From Azolla caroliniana (lineage: Eukaryota > Plantae > Polypodiophyta): a DNA stretch of 64,000 nt. The stretch covers positions 13,578,001-13,642,000 of the forward strand of contig JBHGNT010000003.1 in NCBI GenBank assembly GCA_043228905.1, read 5' to 3'. Position numbers and translations under genes: made by a program. The notes below the pieces were generated by a model. The model saw only the letters and a program-made list of their open reading frames with translations. It did not search any database and was not told where the DNA came from. Each line of letters opens with the position of its first letter. Position 1 is the first letter of the stretch. Of this stretch, positions 51,685 to 64,000 are shown one piece after another.

Positions 51685-52678
51685 GTTGGGTTCACCACTT
51701 GTGTTGTGCCTTTTGGCTCCGGATCGTTGCGTGAGTCGGGTGGGAACCGCTGAGGTTTTGGACTAGGAGAAAGAAGAATATGAGATAAGGCTCCTTATGA
51801 ATCAATTGCAAGAAAGAGAAATATTTGAAAGAAGATATGAAACTCGTGAATTCCACGAGTATAGTGTATTAATTGATACTTATAATGTAAGAGAGAAATA
51901 GATGGAAAAATAAATCGTGAATCCCATGAATATATTAGATTGATCAAAATCCTTGTAAAATAATCAACAACCTCTATACATCTTTCTCTCTTCCTTATAT
52001 AGTGTTGGAAGAGTCTAAGTTTATCACATGCAAGCATCATGCTTTTCCTAGCTTTAGTTTTCATGCACACTGCATGTGCATGATTAGCTTTCTATCTCAT
52101 CTTTTCTTCTAACTCGAGTGTCTATGCATGAATAACCTTTTGTACCATGCATGTCTAGAAATTTTACATGCAATAATATATCTGATTGGTGCCCATTTTG
52201 CTCCATGTGTCTATGCTTTGGCTCATACTTATGATTTCAGCGCCGCCCACGCCTATCAAGATCTCGCTAGTGTTTTATCTCTGATCATTTTCTCCCTCAC
52301 GACGCCTCTGTTACGAGCCTTCACGTACCACGCCCTTGGATACCGATAGCCGCAGGTCTATCAAAGGTGTTCACCCAAAGGAACGGGTAACACAATTTGG
52401 CACGCCCGGTTACAGCTGTGAGTGCACAGCGAACTTCGTTGAAGGTAACCACCAGCCGCCGTTACGGCGCCCTCTCGCACCACGAGGTCTCGACCACCTG
52501 CCCAACGCCCTGAGCCAGTCGAAGGAACTTCCGACTCGGCGGTCACTGACCAATCCTTTCCCGAGCAATCGGAGACTCCCCCAGTGCAATCCTCGCCACC
52601 GGACACTCAATGGCGAGTTGATTCCGGTGGCTACCAAGCCCTCCGGAGGTCACTCAACCGAAACTAAACCCTTTTCCG

Positions 52679-55600
52679 GTGCTACCAGAAGACCCAGAGT
52701 ACGACATCATGTCGTACCCATACCCACGTTACACTGACGGACCAGACGCAGAGTCACACATCCATGCCTTCATATCTACGTGGCAGGCCAACCACTCAAC
52801 GCACCGCCTCACGCCGACCGAAATCGATGCCTCAAAGATTGCCGAGTTCACACTCTCCCTCGATGGATCAGCAGCACGATGGTACTCTCACCTTGAACTA
52901 AGAGAGGGAACCACCTTCCAAATCGTGCGCACAAAGTTCCTTGAACTCTTTCATCGCGAGGTGCCCAAACGGGAACTACTCCGGCAATTCTTCTCGATAT
53001 GCCAAGAACCGCACGAAACGGTCGCGCAATTCACGATCGGTTCCAGGATCTCTACTGACAAGTGGCCGACAATGTCTCGGCACAACATATACCGGACACT
53101 TTCCTGTCCAGTTTACGAGAGCCTCTCCGAACGACTCTCGCACTTACAAAATTTGCCAACCAAACTATCGAGGAAGTCATAGCGCGAGTCCTCACCCTCA
53201 ATTGATCCCAACATGACGCGTCCTTCTCTATGACCTCCCTACAGAATGCCCTTCCACAGGAGGACAACCGCTTTCGCCAAGCCCTCCAATGCACAATCTA
53301 TTCAGGCTTGGGTCACCTAGCTCTCGAATGCCGTCATCGCCCACAGTGTCCAATTTGCCAATCGCGATCTCACACCGTCGAACAATGCGAGTACAACATG
53401 CTCAATCGCACTACGACCGCACCAGTTCGCCAAATCGAGCCCAAGAACACGTACTCTCGACAGGATGAGCGTAATTCCTACCGAGACAACGATAACGATC
53501 GACCACGATCACCGGATAGATGACGCCGGGACGACGATTACCGTCGAGATGACCGTCGGGATCGCTATCGCGACGACCGGAACGACGATTATGATCGTTA
53601 CGACGATGATCGAATTGACAGGTATGATCGGAGGAACTCACGTAACGATCGGCGAAATGGAAACCGCAACTCACGCAACAATAGAAGGAACAACGACAAC
53701 CGCCAACGAGATGCTCCTCCAAACGACCAGCGGAACACCAATGCACCTCGAACCAACCCACCACCAAACGAGACAGGGAATCAACCACAACAGCTCCCAC
53801 ACACAGACCGGGCTGACACCAGCAACTCGGCCAACGTTACGTGTTTTAAATGTAACCAACTCGGCCACTATGCCATGCAATGCCCAACAACCGACCGTGG
53901 CAAAGCACCTGCGGTGAACAGTATCATGGCCAATGTTCAAACCGTCACTACCCGGAGTAAAGCGCAGACTACACAGTGGCAAATCCAAGACGAAGTCTGT
54001 CAGGCAGCAAAAGAATGGATCGACACAGCCAATAAAAATAATGTCGTGCGCATGCAAACTGACATGAGAGACGTGCCCAGTGAAGCACCACAAACCTCGG
54101 TACCATCCACGTCGACGGAGGACGACCAACTATGGGATGTTCTTACCAACTCCCGCATCTCGCTACCCCTACATAAACTGTTACCACTCATGCCGAGATT
54201 TCGGGACACCCTGGCGGCACTCCAGGCCAATACTAAGCCCGTGACGCCACCGGTACACCTCACCGAAGCAGGAACAGGTCCACCACTCATGGATTCTCAG
54301 AACCCAGCCGTGCGAATCATCATTAAGGGACAAGACCTGCACGGATGCATCATCGACGGCGGATCCGGCGTAAACGTTATTAGCGAGTCAACGTGTCATA
54401 ACCTCAGCTTGAATCAATGGGAACCATGCCCCTTTTGGCTTCGGATGGCCAACACCCGCTTCGTTCGCCCCATCGGTTTAATCCTCCATCTCGACTTCAC
54501 ACTCGGAGGCCACATGTTCACGATCTCGGCCGTCGTGCTAAGACTGGAGACACAAGGCGCCTACCCAATGTTACTAGGTCGACCATGGTTGCGTACAGCG
54601 AATATCAAGCAACATGGGCAACGCAACATGATCTCGTTCCGAAGAGGCAAGACAAAAGTCCGAATCATCACTGAAGAACGAGTCCCCGTCGCCCTCAACA
54701 CTTCGCCGTTATACGCAGAAGGGGTCCATATGCTTGACGGTTTGGCCGATGAGGAGGTCGATGACTTCCTAGATGATCATCCCACGATCATCCCTCTCTT
54801 CGAAATCAATGCCATACCAACCATCGAGCCACCTAAAGACGAGGAAGTCACGGAGGAATCACCACCCCAAGATGAACCAGATCCAACCACAGTTGCCGAG
54901 CTACGCCATGCTCGAGATGCTTTCGAACGCGAACTCGCCATTTCACAACAAGTCAAAGCATCAACCCTGGAAACAATAAACCTCAGCTCGGACGAGAATC
55001 CCCGTACGTTACAAATTGCCAATAATCTACCAACCGGAGAACGAGCATCCCTCGTACGATTGCTCACCGACTACCAGGATGTTTTCACTTGGTCTTACAC
55101 CAATATGAAGGGGCTGGATCCTCAATACTACCAACATCAAATCCACCTCTTACCCGACACTCGGCCGGTTCAGCAGAGGCACTACAGGATGAACCCCAAC
55201 TATGCCGCTAAAGTCAAAGAGGAAATCGACAAACTACTCCGAGTGGGCTTCATTCGCCCTATTAAACGGGCCACGTGGTTGAGCCCGATCATAGTAGTCC
55301 CAAAGAGAACGGAAAAATCCGCGTCTGCGTCGACTATCGGAAGCTTAACGCGGCAACAGTCACTGACGGTTTCCCTCTCCCCTTCACGGACAGCGTCCTC
55401 GACACGGTAGCCGGCCACGAATGCTACAATTTCCTCGACGGGTTCAGCGGCTATAACCAAATAAGAATGCACCCAAAGGATCAAGAGAAAACCGCTTTCG
55501 TCACGGAATGGGGTGTTTTTGTGGCAGAAGTAATGACGTTCGGTCTAAAAACGGCACCGGGTACGTTCCAGCGCATCATCATCGAAATCTTTCATGACTA

Positions 55601-57843
55601 CATCCCGGCGTTCATGCAAGTCTTTCTCGACGATTTCGCCGTGTATGGCCATCGACGGGAACACATGACCCAGTTACGACTCTGCCTTGACCGATGTCGC
55701 CAAGCTCGATTGAGCTTAAACCCGGCGAAATGCGCATTCTTAGTCACCAGCGACAACCTTCTCGGCCACATTGTCAGTCAAGAAGGCATCACTATGGACC
55801 CGGATAAAGTAAAGGCCATCCTGACCGCCTCCGCACCCTCGAACGCTAAGGCACTAAGCCGATTTTTGGGACAGATCCGGTGGCACAGCCGAATGATACG
55901 ACACTTGGCCGATTTCACGACACCTTTACACGAGGCAGTCCATCGCCTTCCCTTCCAATGGACGTCAATCGAGGACACGGCCTATCAGACCCTGAAACTA
56001 ATGCTCTCACATGCCCCAGTGGTCCAGCCTCCGGTTTGGTCCGAACCGTTTCATGTCTTCGTAGATGCTTCGGACATCGCCATCGGAAGTGCCCTGATGC
56101 AATGCACCCCCCCGAATTGGTATAGGCTCGTGTACTATGCCAGCCGACGGCTCTCGACCGCGGAAAAGAATTACTCCACCACCAAGCGGGAGGCCCTCGG
56201 TATGATTTATAGCATCAATAAATTCCGGCATTACCTCTTGGGCCGGAAGTTTACCTTTCACGTGGATCACTCGGCCCTTCTTTACTTGGTCAATAAACAA
56301 GCCCTCACCGGACGGTTGGCTCGGTGGATGCTCCTACTCCAAGAATTTGATTTCCAGATTTAGCATCGACCCGGGGTCCAACACACCGTCGCCGACTACT
56401 TGAGCCGTCTTGAATCAGGGGAACCGGCGGAAACAACGTACGACGATTTACCGGATGCCAGCTTATTTAACCTGACCACGATGCCAGACGATAACGAAGA
56501 TGAATGGATCACGGAGATGACCCATTTTCTCAGTACCGGCCTACCTCCCGAGCACATGCCCCTTGACGCGAGGAAACACCTAGTAGTACGCAGCTGGAAT
56601 TTTTGCCTCATCTCGGACATTCTTTACCAAAAAGGCTCGGACGGCATATGGCGCCGAGCGATTCGGCATTTCGAGAAGAACGTCGTTCTTCGGGAGGCCC
56701 ACCAGGGAGTAGGGGGGGGACATTACGCCAGGGATTCCACAGCAAGGAAGGTTTGGCAAAGCGGATTGTGGTGGCCAACAACGAAGAAATATGCTCACGA
56801 GTTTTGCCGACAGTGCGATTTGTGCCAACGATTGGGGCAACCAATGGAACAGTCACGCATGCCACACCAACCGATTCTTCCGTTGGACCCATTTCAAAAA
56901 TGGGGTTTGGATTTTGTAGGCCCTTCCAAACCACCTGCGGCCCGTACAGGGAATAGGTATATTATCGTTGCCACGGACTACTGCACCAAATGGGTCAAGG
57001 CTAAGGCACTCCGAGACAATACGGCGGCATCCACGGCTAAATTCGTGTACGAGCATCTTTGGTGCCGTTACGGATGCCCAATCGAGCTCGTTAGTGACCA
57101 AGGTGGGCACTTCATCAATCACATAATACGTGAGCTTACACACCACTATGCGGTGGTGCACAAGAAAAGCACACCATACTACCCGCAGGCGAACGGCTTG
57201 GCGGAATCAACCAATAAAATCCTCCAAACCATACTGAAGAAGATCGTTAATGAAAACAGGACCGATTGGGATGACAAACTCCAGAGCGCGTTGTGGGCGT
57301 ATCGTACGACTTTCAAAACAAGCATCCAATCAACCCCCTTTCGAATGGCGTTCGGGTTAGAAGCCGTAATGCCCGTCGAGTTCCAAGTCCCGAGCCTCCG
57401 AGTTCAAATCAAAGCACGGCTCCCCGAGGCCCAATCTGAGCAATACCAGCTAGAACAACTCCTCGAACTCAACGAAGACAGGATAGAGAGTATGGCCCAG
57501 CTCGAACAACGCCAATGACAACGCAAGGCTTTCGTGGATTGACATCGAGACGGGCTGGAGAAGGAGGTCACCATCGGCAAACCGGTTCTTCTTTTTCAAA
57601 GACGACTCGGGTCAATGCCGAGAAAATTAAGATTTCGGTGGACCGATCCATTCTAGATTATTGACGAGTTCAACGGGACGTTCCAGCTCGGCACACTCGC
57701 CGGCGACACTGTCAAAAGCTGGGCCAATGGTTTCCAACTTCGACCATATCGAGGCACTACACCACCCAACCCGTTTACCGAGCCACACGGCACAAACGAG
57801 TTTCGGGAGACCACCACGGAGGAGGCCATGTGTCCCCCTTAAT
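52679..57843 (+). pseudogene. R2 gag-protease-RT-RNase H-integrase
   Basis: SKIAEF, IIDGGSGVNVIS, VFLDD, FVDASD, FQKWGLDFVGP, YYPQANGLAES; frameshifts and stops. Confidence 0.92.
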
Positions 57844-58050
57844 AAGGACTCACCCAGCTTTTTGAAATTAATAAAGTAGGTAGGATTAACCATAGTTTAG
57901 CCGCCGATTAGCTACACCTACACCACCCACCTAGGCACCCACAATTTAGGAGCACCCCTAGCCACCTCTCATTTAGTACCTATTTAAGCACATGCAAAGC
58001 ACTCAAAGCACCCGACTCACCTTCAGGACACGTGGCGCTAGTCACTTATT

Positions 58051-61000
58051 ATGGCACCCACGACTCAGAATCTTCAGGATTCGCTTCGGGCACAAAACCC
58101 TAGGAGTAAGTTACTAAAACCGTTTCCAAAACGCAGCACATACACAGAAGTTCATTATCGCTTCCAACCTCCATCGCTCTCAAGCTCAAAAGCCCCTTCT
58201 CGCTCTCATCGCTCTAAACGCTCTTGCTCTCAAGCCCTCTTTCGCTCTCATAGCCCCTCTGCCGAGCTTCCCCTTCCTATTGTTCCTCCTCTGTCTCGCC
58301 CTCGCCTCATCACTCTTCCTCACTCTTCCACACAGTCAAACCCCGTCTCCATCTCCACCATGCCTCTTACCGCTTCAACAGAAACCCGCGCCTGGCTCCA
58401 GGAACAAGGAATGGGCGGTTACCTGAAGATCATCGATGCCCCCGCGCACCCGGATGCCCAAGGAGTGGCTAAACGTATTTGTCCCGAAGCCATCACCAAC
58501 AACGTGCTTCGGGCTGCTTTGGACCTGCAACGGGGAGGGGACCATGAGGTCAACATACCCCCGGCATCGAAGCTGAAAGAGTACTTCGGTGAGTACTCAG
58601 CCTCAGGGAAGGCATATCGCACGTATGGCGGTCCCAACAGAGCATTCGAGGAGATTGCTCGTATATTGATGGAGTATGAGTTTGTGCATACGAACCCGAC
58701 GAGCATGCCGCAGAACAAGGCAACCATCATCATCAGCGCGTATGAAGGAAACATAGTCGATTGGGGAATTATCACAGGTGAAGGACTCCGCGCCGCCTTA
58801 GCCTCATTCCAGTCAAGTAAGAAGATGTTGTCTGTTCTTACCCACTTTTTGATGGTTCTATACCCACCCTCTTCTCTTCCTTCCCCTCGGACACTCACGT
58901 CCCCACCACCACCACGAAGGCAGAGAGAGGAATTGGTTGCCATCAGCCACGAAGCATGGGAGGAGCCCACATCGCCTTCACCTCCTGCCGCCGACCAAAA
59001 CCCCGCATCGGCACCACCACCCACCCAACCCCAATGAAAAAGGGCAGTTTTCGAGACCTGCCAAGAATGGGAGGAGGAGATAGCCACGGAGGACAACACG
59101 GCAGACGATGTCACCATTCGACAGCCAACGCCACGCCCCTCGGTAACTCCCCCAGGGCCTAGCCCACGCCCCAACACACAGCAGGCAGCACCACCATGAC
59201 CCCAGAAAAGGAAGCAGGCGGAGGAAACGACACTACCGGCCTCGGAACCCCAAACCCAACCGAGCAAGAGAAGACGACTCAACCGCGAGTCCTCGGCAGA
59301 ACAGAAAGAGCCACAACAGGAGCAAGCCTTAGTTGTCAGCTAGAGCAACCTGGCCATCATCCCTGAGGAGGCATCGTTGAACCAGGGAAAGATCGAGCAT
59401 GGGCAGACAACGCAAATCTCGGAGGATGAAGTCCTCGGTTATAAAGACCTCCCCGCGGAGGCTTACGAATTTAGTGCGCTCCTACGCCTCGGTACGACAT
59501 TCGAGCTGGTCAACTTCCTCGCCAGAGCCCAAGTCGCGGCAGCCACTCGAATGGCGGAAGAGCACGCCGAAACAAAAATGTTTCAACACGTGCTATTAGG
59601 TGAAATTGAGCCCCAGGACGACAAGGCTTTACAAAAAATAGGGAGGAAGACGCAGACAAAACAGGCCGCTCTCCTCATGGAGGTCCCCAAATTGAACACG
59701 GCCCTTATCAAGGCATATAGGGACTTGGATCGCACTACGCGGGCAGCCAAAGACATGGCCCGAAAGATAAAAACAGCCCAAAAACAGGCTAAGGTGGCTA
59801 CGGAATTATGGCACGTTGCGAAACAGAAACTGGCAACCTGGGAGCAAAACCGGCCAGAACAACAACTCATGAGCCTTCCGGCCACGACCACCGAGGCCCT
59901 CCCAGGCCCTCCACGCATAACAATGATAGATGAAAGCACCGTCACGGATTCAATCCTGACGATCCAGGCCAGCACACTAACGGACTCGTTACAAATGGTC
60001 GATGCTTGCACAACAACCGAGGCGGCCACGCCCATGGAGAAGACCAAGATACCACCCCCTCGTCCACCCAAGGAGGTGGCAACCCAGATAGAACCCCCGC
60101 TCCGGGATTACCGAGCGGAGCTTAAAGAAGAACAACAGCGGACCGAGAGACACGAACAACGGCATCAAGAGGCCATGGCTCGCTTAAAAGAAGAAGCTTC
60201 CAAACAGATGGCCGAGATTAGAGCCCAAGCCAACCAAAGGATACACGAGCAGAACGAAGCACTGGGCTGGGTACAAGCGCAAGCCGCGGGCAAAGAAGCT
60301 GGAGGAATACGCGGCCACAGTGGCAGAGAAAGAGAAGGAGGTCCTAGACCTACAGGCCACGCTCGACAATGCGAAAGACTAGAACCACTGGCAGGAGGAA
60401 AGAAATCGCCAACGGGAGGAGAGAATGATCGCGGAGAATGTCGTGCTGCAGAGTCAGCGGACAACCCTTAAAGAAATGGCTGACGAGTTTTTCATCAAAT
60501 GCAAGCTACTTTCGGAGCAAAAAGACGAATTATTTGATTCCTACTTCGCCCTACAAGAAGAGAGAATCGTCGAACGGGAACAGGTCCGGGCCGCGTGTCA
60601 AAAAGAATGGGAGAAAGCTACCGAAGAGCTCACCAAGCATTACGAGCAGTCTATCCAGCTCGTAACCGCGGATGCAAAGAACACTCAAGCCACCTATGAA
60701 CTACTCGCAAAGAAGCTTCAGGCCGAGGTCAACGGCTTAAAAGAGGAATTGGCAGTCGTCCGAGCACAGCCCAGCATGGATGAGACACGCATCAAAATAC
60801 TGATCGAGAAACAGCGCCAGCACCTCACCAAAAAGGTCGAGGAAACATTAAGTCGCGCAGGAGAAGAATGGGCGGCCCAAGCTGCCGAATTGCATATTTT
60901 ACACGTCGACGCCGAGAACCGACGGAAGGAGGGCCGTGGCTTTTACAAAATGGACAAAGCCAGCATACAAAACCTCCGTGCAGATTTAACCAAGGATTAC

Positions 61001-61438
61001 CAATCCTTGGCAAAATCTCACACCGCGGCAATCGAGCAAATGTTGGAGGACTTCAATGACGATCAGATGTTGTTTCGCCTGGAAGCAGAAGCCTTCGAAC
61101 GAGAATGACTTGCAACCATCCCAACCAGCCCTCCAACGGCCATAGAGTAGAAGGAAGAACCTCCCAGCGAGGGGATCACGGACACAGCACAGGAGGAACT
61201 CGCCCCGGCCAACAGACCTCCCGAGGACGCCCACACGGTACCAAATCCAGTCAAAGTAGAGGTCAGCGCCCTCGAACCCACACCACCACCAGAAGAATCA
61301 GCCGCACCTGAGACGGACGCCCGAGAGGATATGACACCCTTGGACCAAACTCAACCCCCTGCACCGACAGTCCAACCAGACCACCCTACCACCACCTCGG
61401 ACCTCAAAAACATCCTCGACATCTTAGAAGAGGAATGA
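58051..61438 (+). pseudogene. R2 extra 3' ORF (homolog of the R1 extra ORF)
   Basis: ORFs 58051-59037, 59377-60471 and 60425-61108, ending ILDILEEE*. Confidence 0.85.
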
Positions 61439-61494
61439 AAGGAGGACCACGCCTAAAAGGCAATTTTTGTAATGTTGTTAGTATTTTGTAAGTC

Positions 61495-61534
61495 GTGGGT
61501 CCGACGGACAAGGTCATGTCCCACGGGCGTGCCA
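61495..61534 (+). other. tRNA-Arg-like 3'-half motif at the PPT position of R2
   Basis: GTGGGTCCGACGGACAAGGTCATGTCCCACGGGCGTGCCA-GG|TGTTG. Confidence 0.8.
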
Positions 61535-62034
61535 GGTGTTGTCCAGAGGACAAAAATGTAAAATTAGGAAATTAGCAAACGGCGGTAGTGTAACCGAGTA
61601 GGAAAGAACGCCAGCGAGCGCCGAGTCCGAGTATCACAGGCCACCGACGGCTCGGTTGTGTATTAGGGGAAACGTTATTTAAACAAGGTCGAGTACCTCA
61701 GAGAGGGAGAGAGCAGAAAATATAGGCGGAAGCCCTAGCTTAGTCCATCGTAACTAGATAATCCTGTAAGGTCACCGGCCGTAGGCTGTGTTCTGTAATC
61801 CTTTTGGTGTTGCAATAATATATCTGATTGGTGCCCATTTTGCTCCATGTGTCTATGCTTTGGCTCATACTTATGATTTCAGCGCCGCCCACGCCTATCA
61901 AGATCTCGCTAGTGTTTTATCTCTGATCATTTTCTCCCTCACGACGCCTCTGTTACGAGCCTTCACGTACCACGCCCTTGGATACCGATAGCCGCAGGTC
62001 TATCGAAGGTGTTCACCCAAAGGAACGGGTAACA

Positions 62035-62630
62035 TGTTGCAATCGGAGTGACTCCTCCGCCGCCTACTAGTAAGCCTCCCGCTTCCACAGCCTCTCGGCT
62101 AGTCTTTTTGCTCATTCATTGGCCTAGTCTTCCATTCCCCCGCTGTTCACTGCTTTTTGCAGGAATCGTGGTCACCAAAACTATGTTATTCCTGGGCTGG
62201 ACAAACCAATAACACAGGGTGTCCTTCCGGAACACTTCACCAAAGGGGTGGTACGGTAAGGAATGGGAGGACCGCAACACAGAACCGTCCCTCTCTGATT
62301 GTTATCCAGATCGATTAGTTACGCGCGTAGAATAAACATTATTAAGCACAGAACGGAAAAAACAAGATAGACAAGATATGAAGATAATAACACTTCTCTA
62401 TTCATTATCCATCCTTGGTTACATCATATCCGGCTCCTTTTATAGGCACCCGGCTGTGTTACAAACCGGTGCCAACCGGCTACCGGCTATGAACCGGTCC
62501 GGATCCAGATCGGCATACCGATTTTGGGTCCATCCGTTCGATCTGATAATTCTAATAATTAATTCTTATTACAACTCCCCTTCATCCCAAAACCGGCTCC
62601 CCTTTCATACTTTGGCCTAACCGGCCAACA
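62035..62630 (-). mobile_element. R3: 5' LTR (about 62184-62630), PBS and gag start of an R1-like element
   Basis: Collinear with R1 19300-19650 and 27670-27987 (GGAATCGTGGTCACCAAAA, AACACAGGGTGTCC, GATCGGCATACCGATT); the right boundary is approximate. Confidence 0.8.
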
Positions 62631-62675
62631 ACTTTTTCCTTGGGAAGTGTGACGATTGCATGGAGTAGCAAGAAC

Positions 62676-64000
62676 TAGTCGACAATAGCATTATCAATTA
62701 CTATGGCCGAATACCAAGGAACGGTTGTCGCGACGAAGCCATATGGTTCAAGAGGCTCTTGAAGGATCTGCGTGTAGAGGTGTCTTAACCGACAGTGATA
62801 TACTATGAAAACTTCAGCAACATCCAACTTGCGAAGAACCCCGTTTTCCACGCCCGTACCAAGCACATTGAGGTACACTATTCATTTTTTCCATGAGCAA
62901 ATTCTCTCAGGAGAAGTGGATTTGTGATATGTTCCGACTGATCGGCAAGTGGCCAACATCTTCACCAAACCTTGCCGCCTGGACAAGTTATGACAACACC
63001 TCGACTTGATTTCAGGACGGCTGAAGAAGTCGATAGGGGGAGTGGCCAAAGAAATGAGCCGGAGTCGGAGTCAACCAAGCAAGGGGGAAGTAGAGCGAAG
63101 AAAGGCAAGACAGGTGGCAAAGCCAAGAAGCGGGCTTGGCATACAACACCTCGACTCGATTTCGGGACAGCTGAAGAAGTCGATAAGGGGAGTGGCCAAA
63201 GAAATGAGCCGGAGTCGGAGCCAACCAAACAAGGGGGAAGTAGAGCCAAGAAAGGCAAGACAGGTGGCAAAGCCAAGAAGCGCAAAGCCGACCTAAACAA
63301 GAAGGCTAGGACCAGGATATGGTCAAATGTGGTCAAGGGCCTAAAGGAAGATGAAGCGGAGACAACTGATTTAGACAAGGGCAGGAACGAATCAATGATA
63401 ATTGATTCAGTCGAGGAGTTTGATTCGGGAGAGCCAAATCATATGAAGGCCAAGGAAACGAGAGGGCAGTCGACACCGATACGGAAGAACCAATGGGTCG
63501 AGGGGCGCCAATGTCGCGACAGATGTATCAACTATCGGGTCCATGGAACATGGGACCAGACCGGACGAGGAGTGCGAGCAAGGCGTGGAGACACCATGAG
63601 GATCTAGAAGAAAGAACCGATGGATGTTGACACAAGGAGCCAACCTCAAGTTGAGCTTGAGGGGGAGTGTTGAGTGAGCAAGCTCAACTTGGGCCTGATC
63701 AGCTGAAGAAGCTGAGAATAAGATTGGATGGAAACTTATCAGTTAGGCCTGATTGGCTGAATAACCGAAAGCCGAATCGATTAGTCAAGTCGGATGGAAT
63801 CCAACAAACCATTTCTATAGACTATATGCCTATTATAGGAAAATTAGTGTTAGGCTCATTTATGAGCATTAACGTACTAATAGTACTTGTGTCAATCCAC
63901 TCGTTAGGGCTTGTATAAAAAGTGCTCTATGAGCACATTGTAAGTACAAAGTTTTTTTGCTAATAGAAGTTCTTGTTGTCTGATCTCTCTATCTTTGTCT
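62676..64000 (+). mobile_element. C4: 3' fragment of a C2-like copia (RNase H, C-terminal extension, PPT, LTR from 63668)
   Basis: [16 protein letters not shown]; PPT AGTTGAGCTTGAGGGGGAG|TGTTGAG is identical to that of C2. Confidence 0.88.
62993..63282 (+). repeat. 150-bp in-frame tandem duplication in the C4 C-terminal extension
   Basis: TTPRLDF(R/G)TAEEVD...GGKAKKR occurs twice in ORF 62972-63607. Confidence 0.88.

Larger units (their letters stand above)
39894..52170 (-). mobile_element. Ty3/gypsy element T4 (Trp-PBS lineage), interrupted by C3; 5' LTR truncated
   Basis: 3' LTR 39894-40801, partial 5' LTR 51702-52170, PBS 51681-51697 (TGGTGAACCCAACGTGA on minus); left target flank ACGT. 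Confidence 0.92.
52169..62034 (+). mobile_element. Ty3/gypsy element R2 (diverged relative of R1), 5' LTR partial
   Basis: Partial 5' LTR 52169-52392 matches 61811-62034; 3' LTR 61537-62034; PBS TGGCACGCCCG at 52398-52408. Confidence 0.92.

Noticed and set aside
58419-59282. Antisense 287-aa ORF in R2
   Set aside because: It is the shadow of the extra ORF, and no conserved counterpart is visible in R1.

Overview
The window is eukaryotic and consists almost entirely of nested LTR retrotransposons. A non-seed land plant such as a bryophyte or fern is plausible, but this is inference. No host gene, rRNA, true tRNA gene or CRISPR array was found. LTR termini, primer-binding sites (PBS), polypurine tracts (PPT) and target-site duplications (TSD) resolve 12 insertions or fragments. 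There are four Ty1/copia elements (C1-C4). There are four Ty3/gypsy elements of a tRNA-Trp-primed lineage with 4-bp TSDs (T1-T4). There are four members of a second gypsy lineage with tRNA-Arg-type PBS and a large extra 3' ORF (R1, its 2.4-kb non-autonomous derivative R1d, R2 and fragment R3). Nesting reaches four levels: C1>T1>R1>T2/R1d and C1>C2>T4>C3. The most striking observation is that the R lineage has no PPT. In its place is a conserved tRNA-Arg-like 3' half ending in CCA exactly 2 nt before the 3' LTR, which suggests tRNA-type priming of both cDNA strands. Other notable signals are tRNA-spaced Pol III A/B-box cassettes in T-lineage LTRs, a covarying -1 frameshift pseudoknot after Gag-protease, CG-centred target sites, and a conserved coiled-coil extra ORF of roughly 900-1000 aa.
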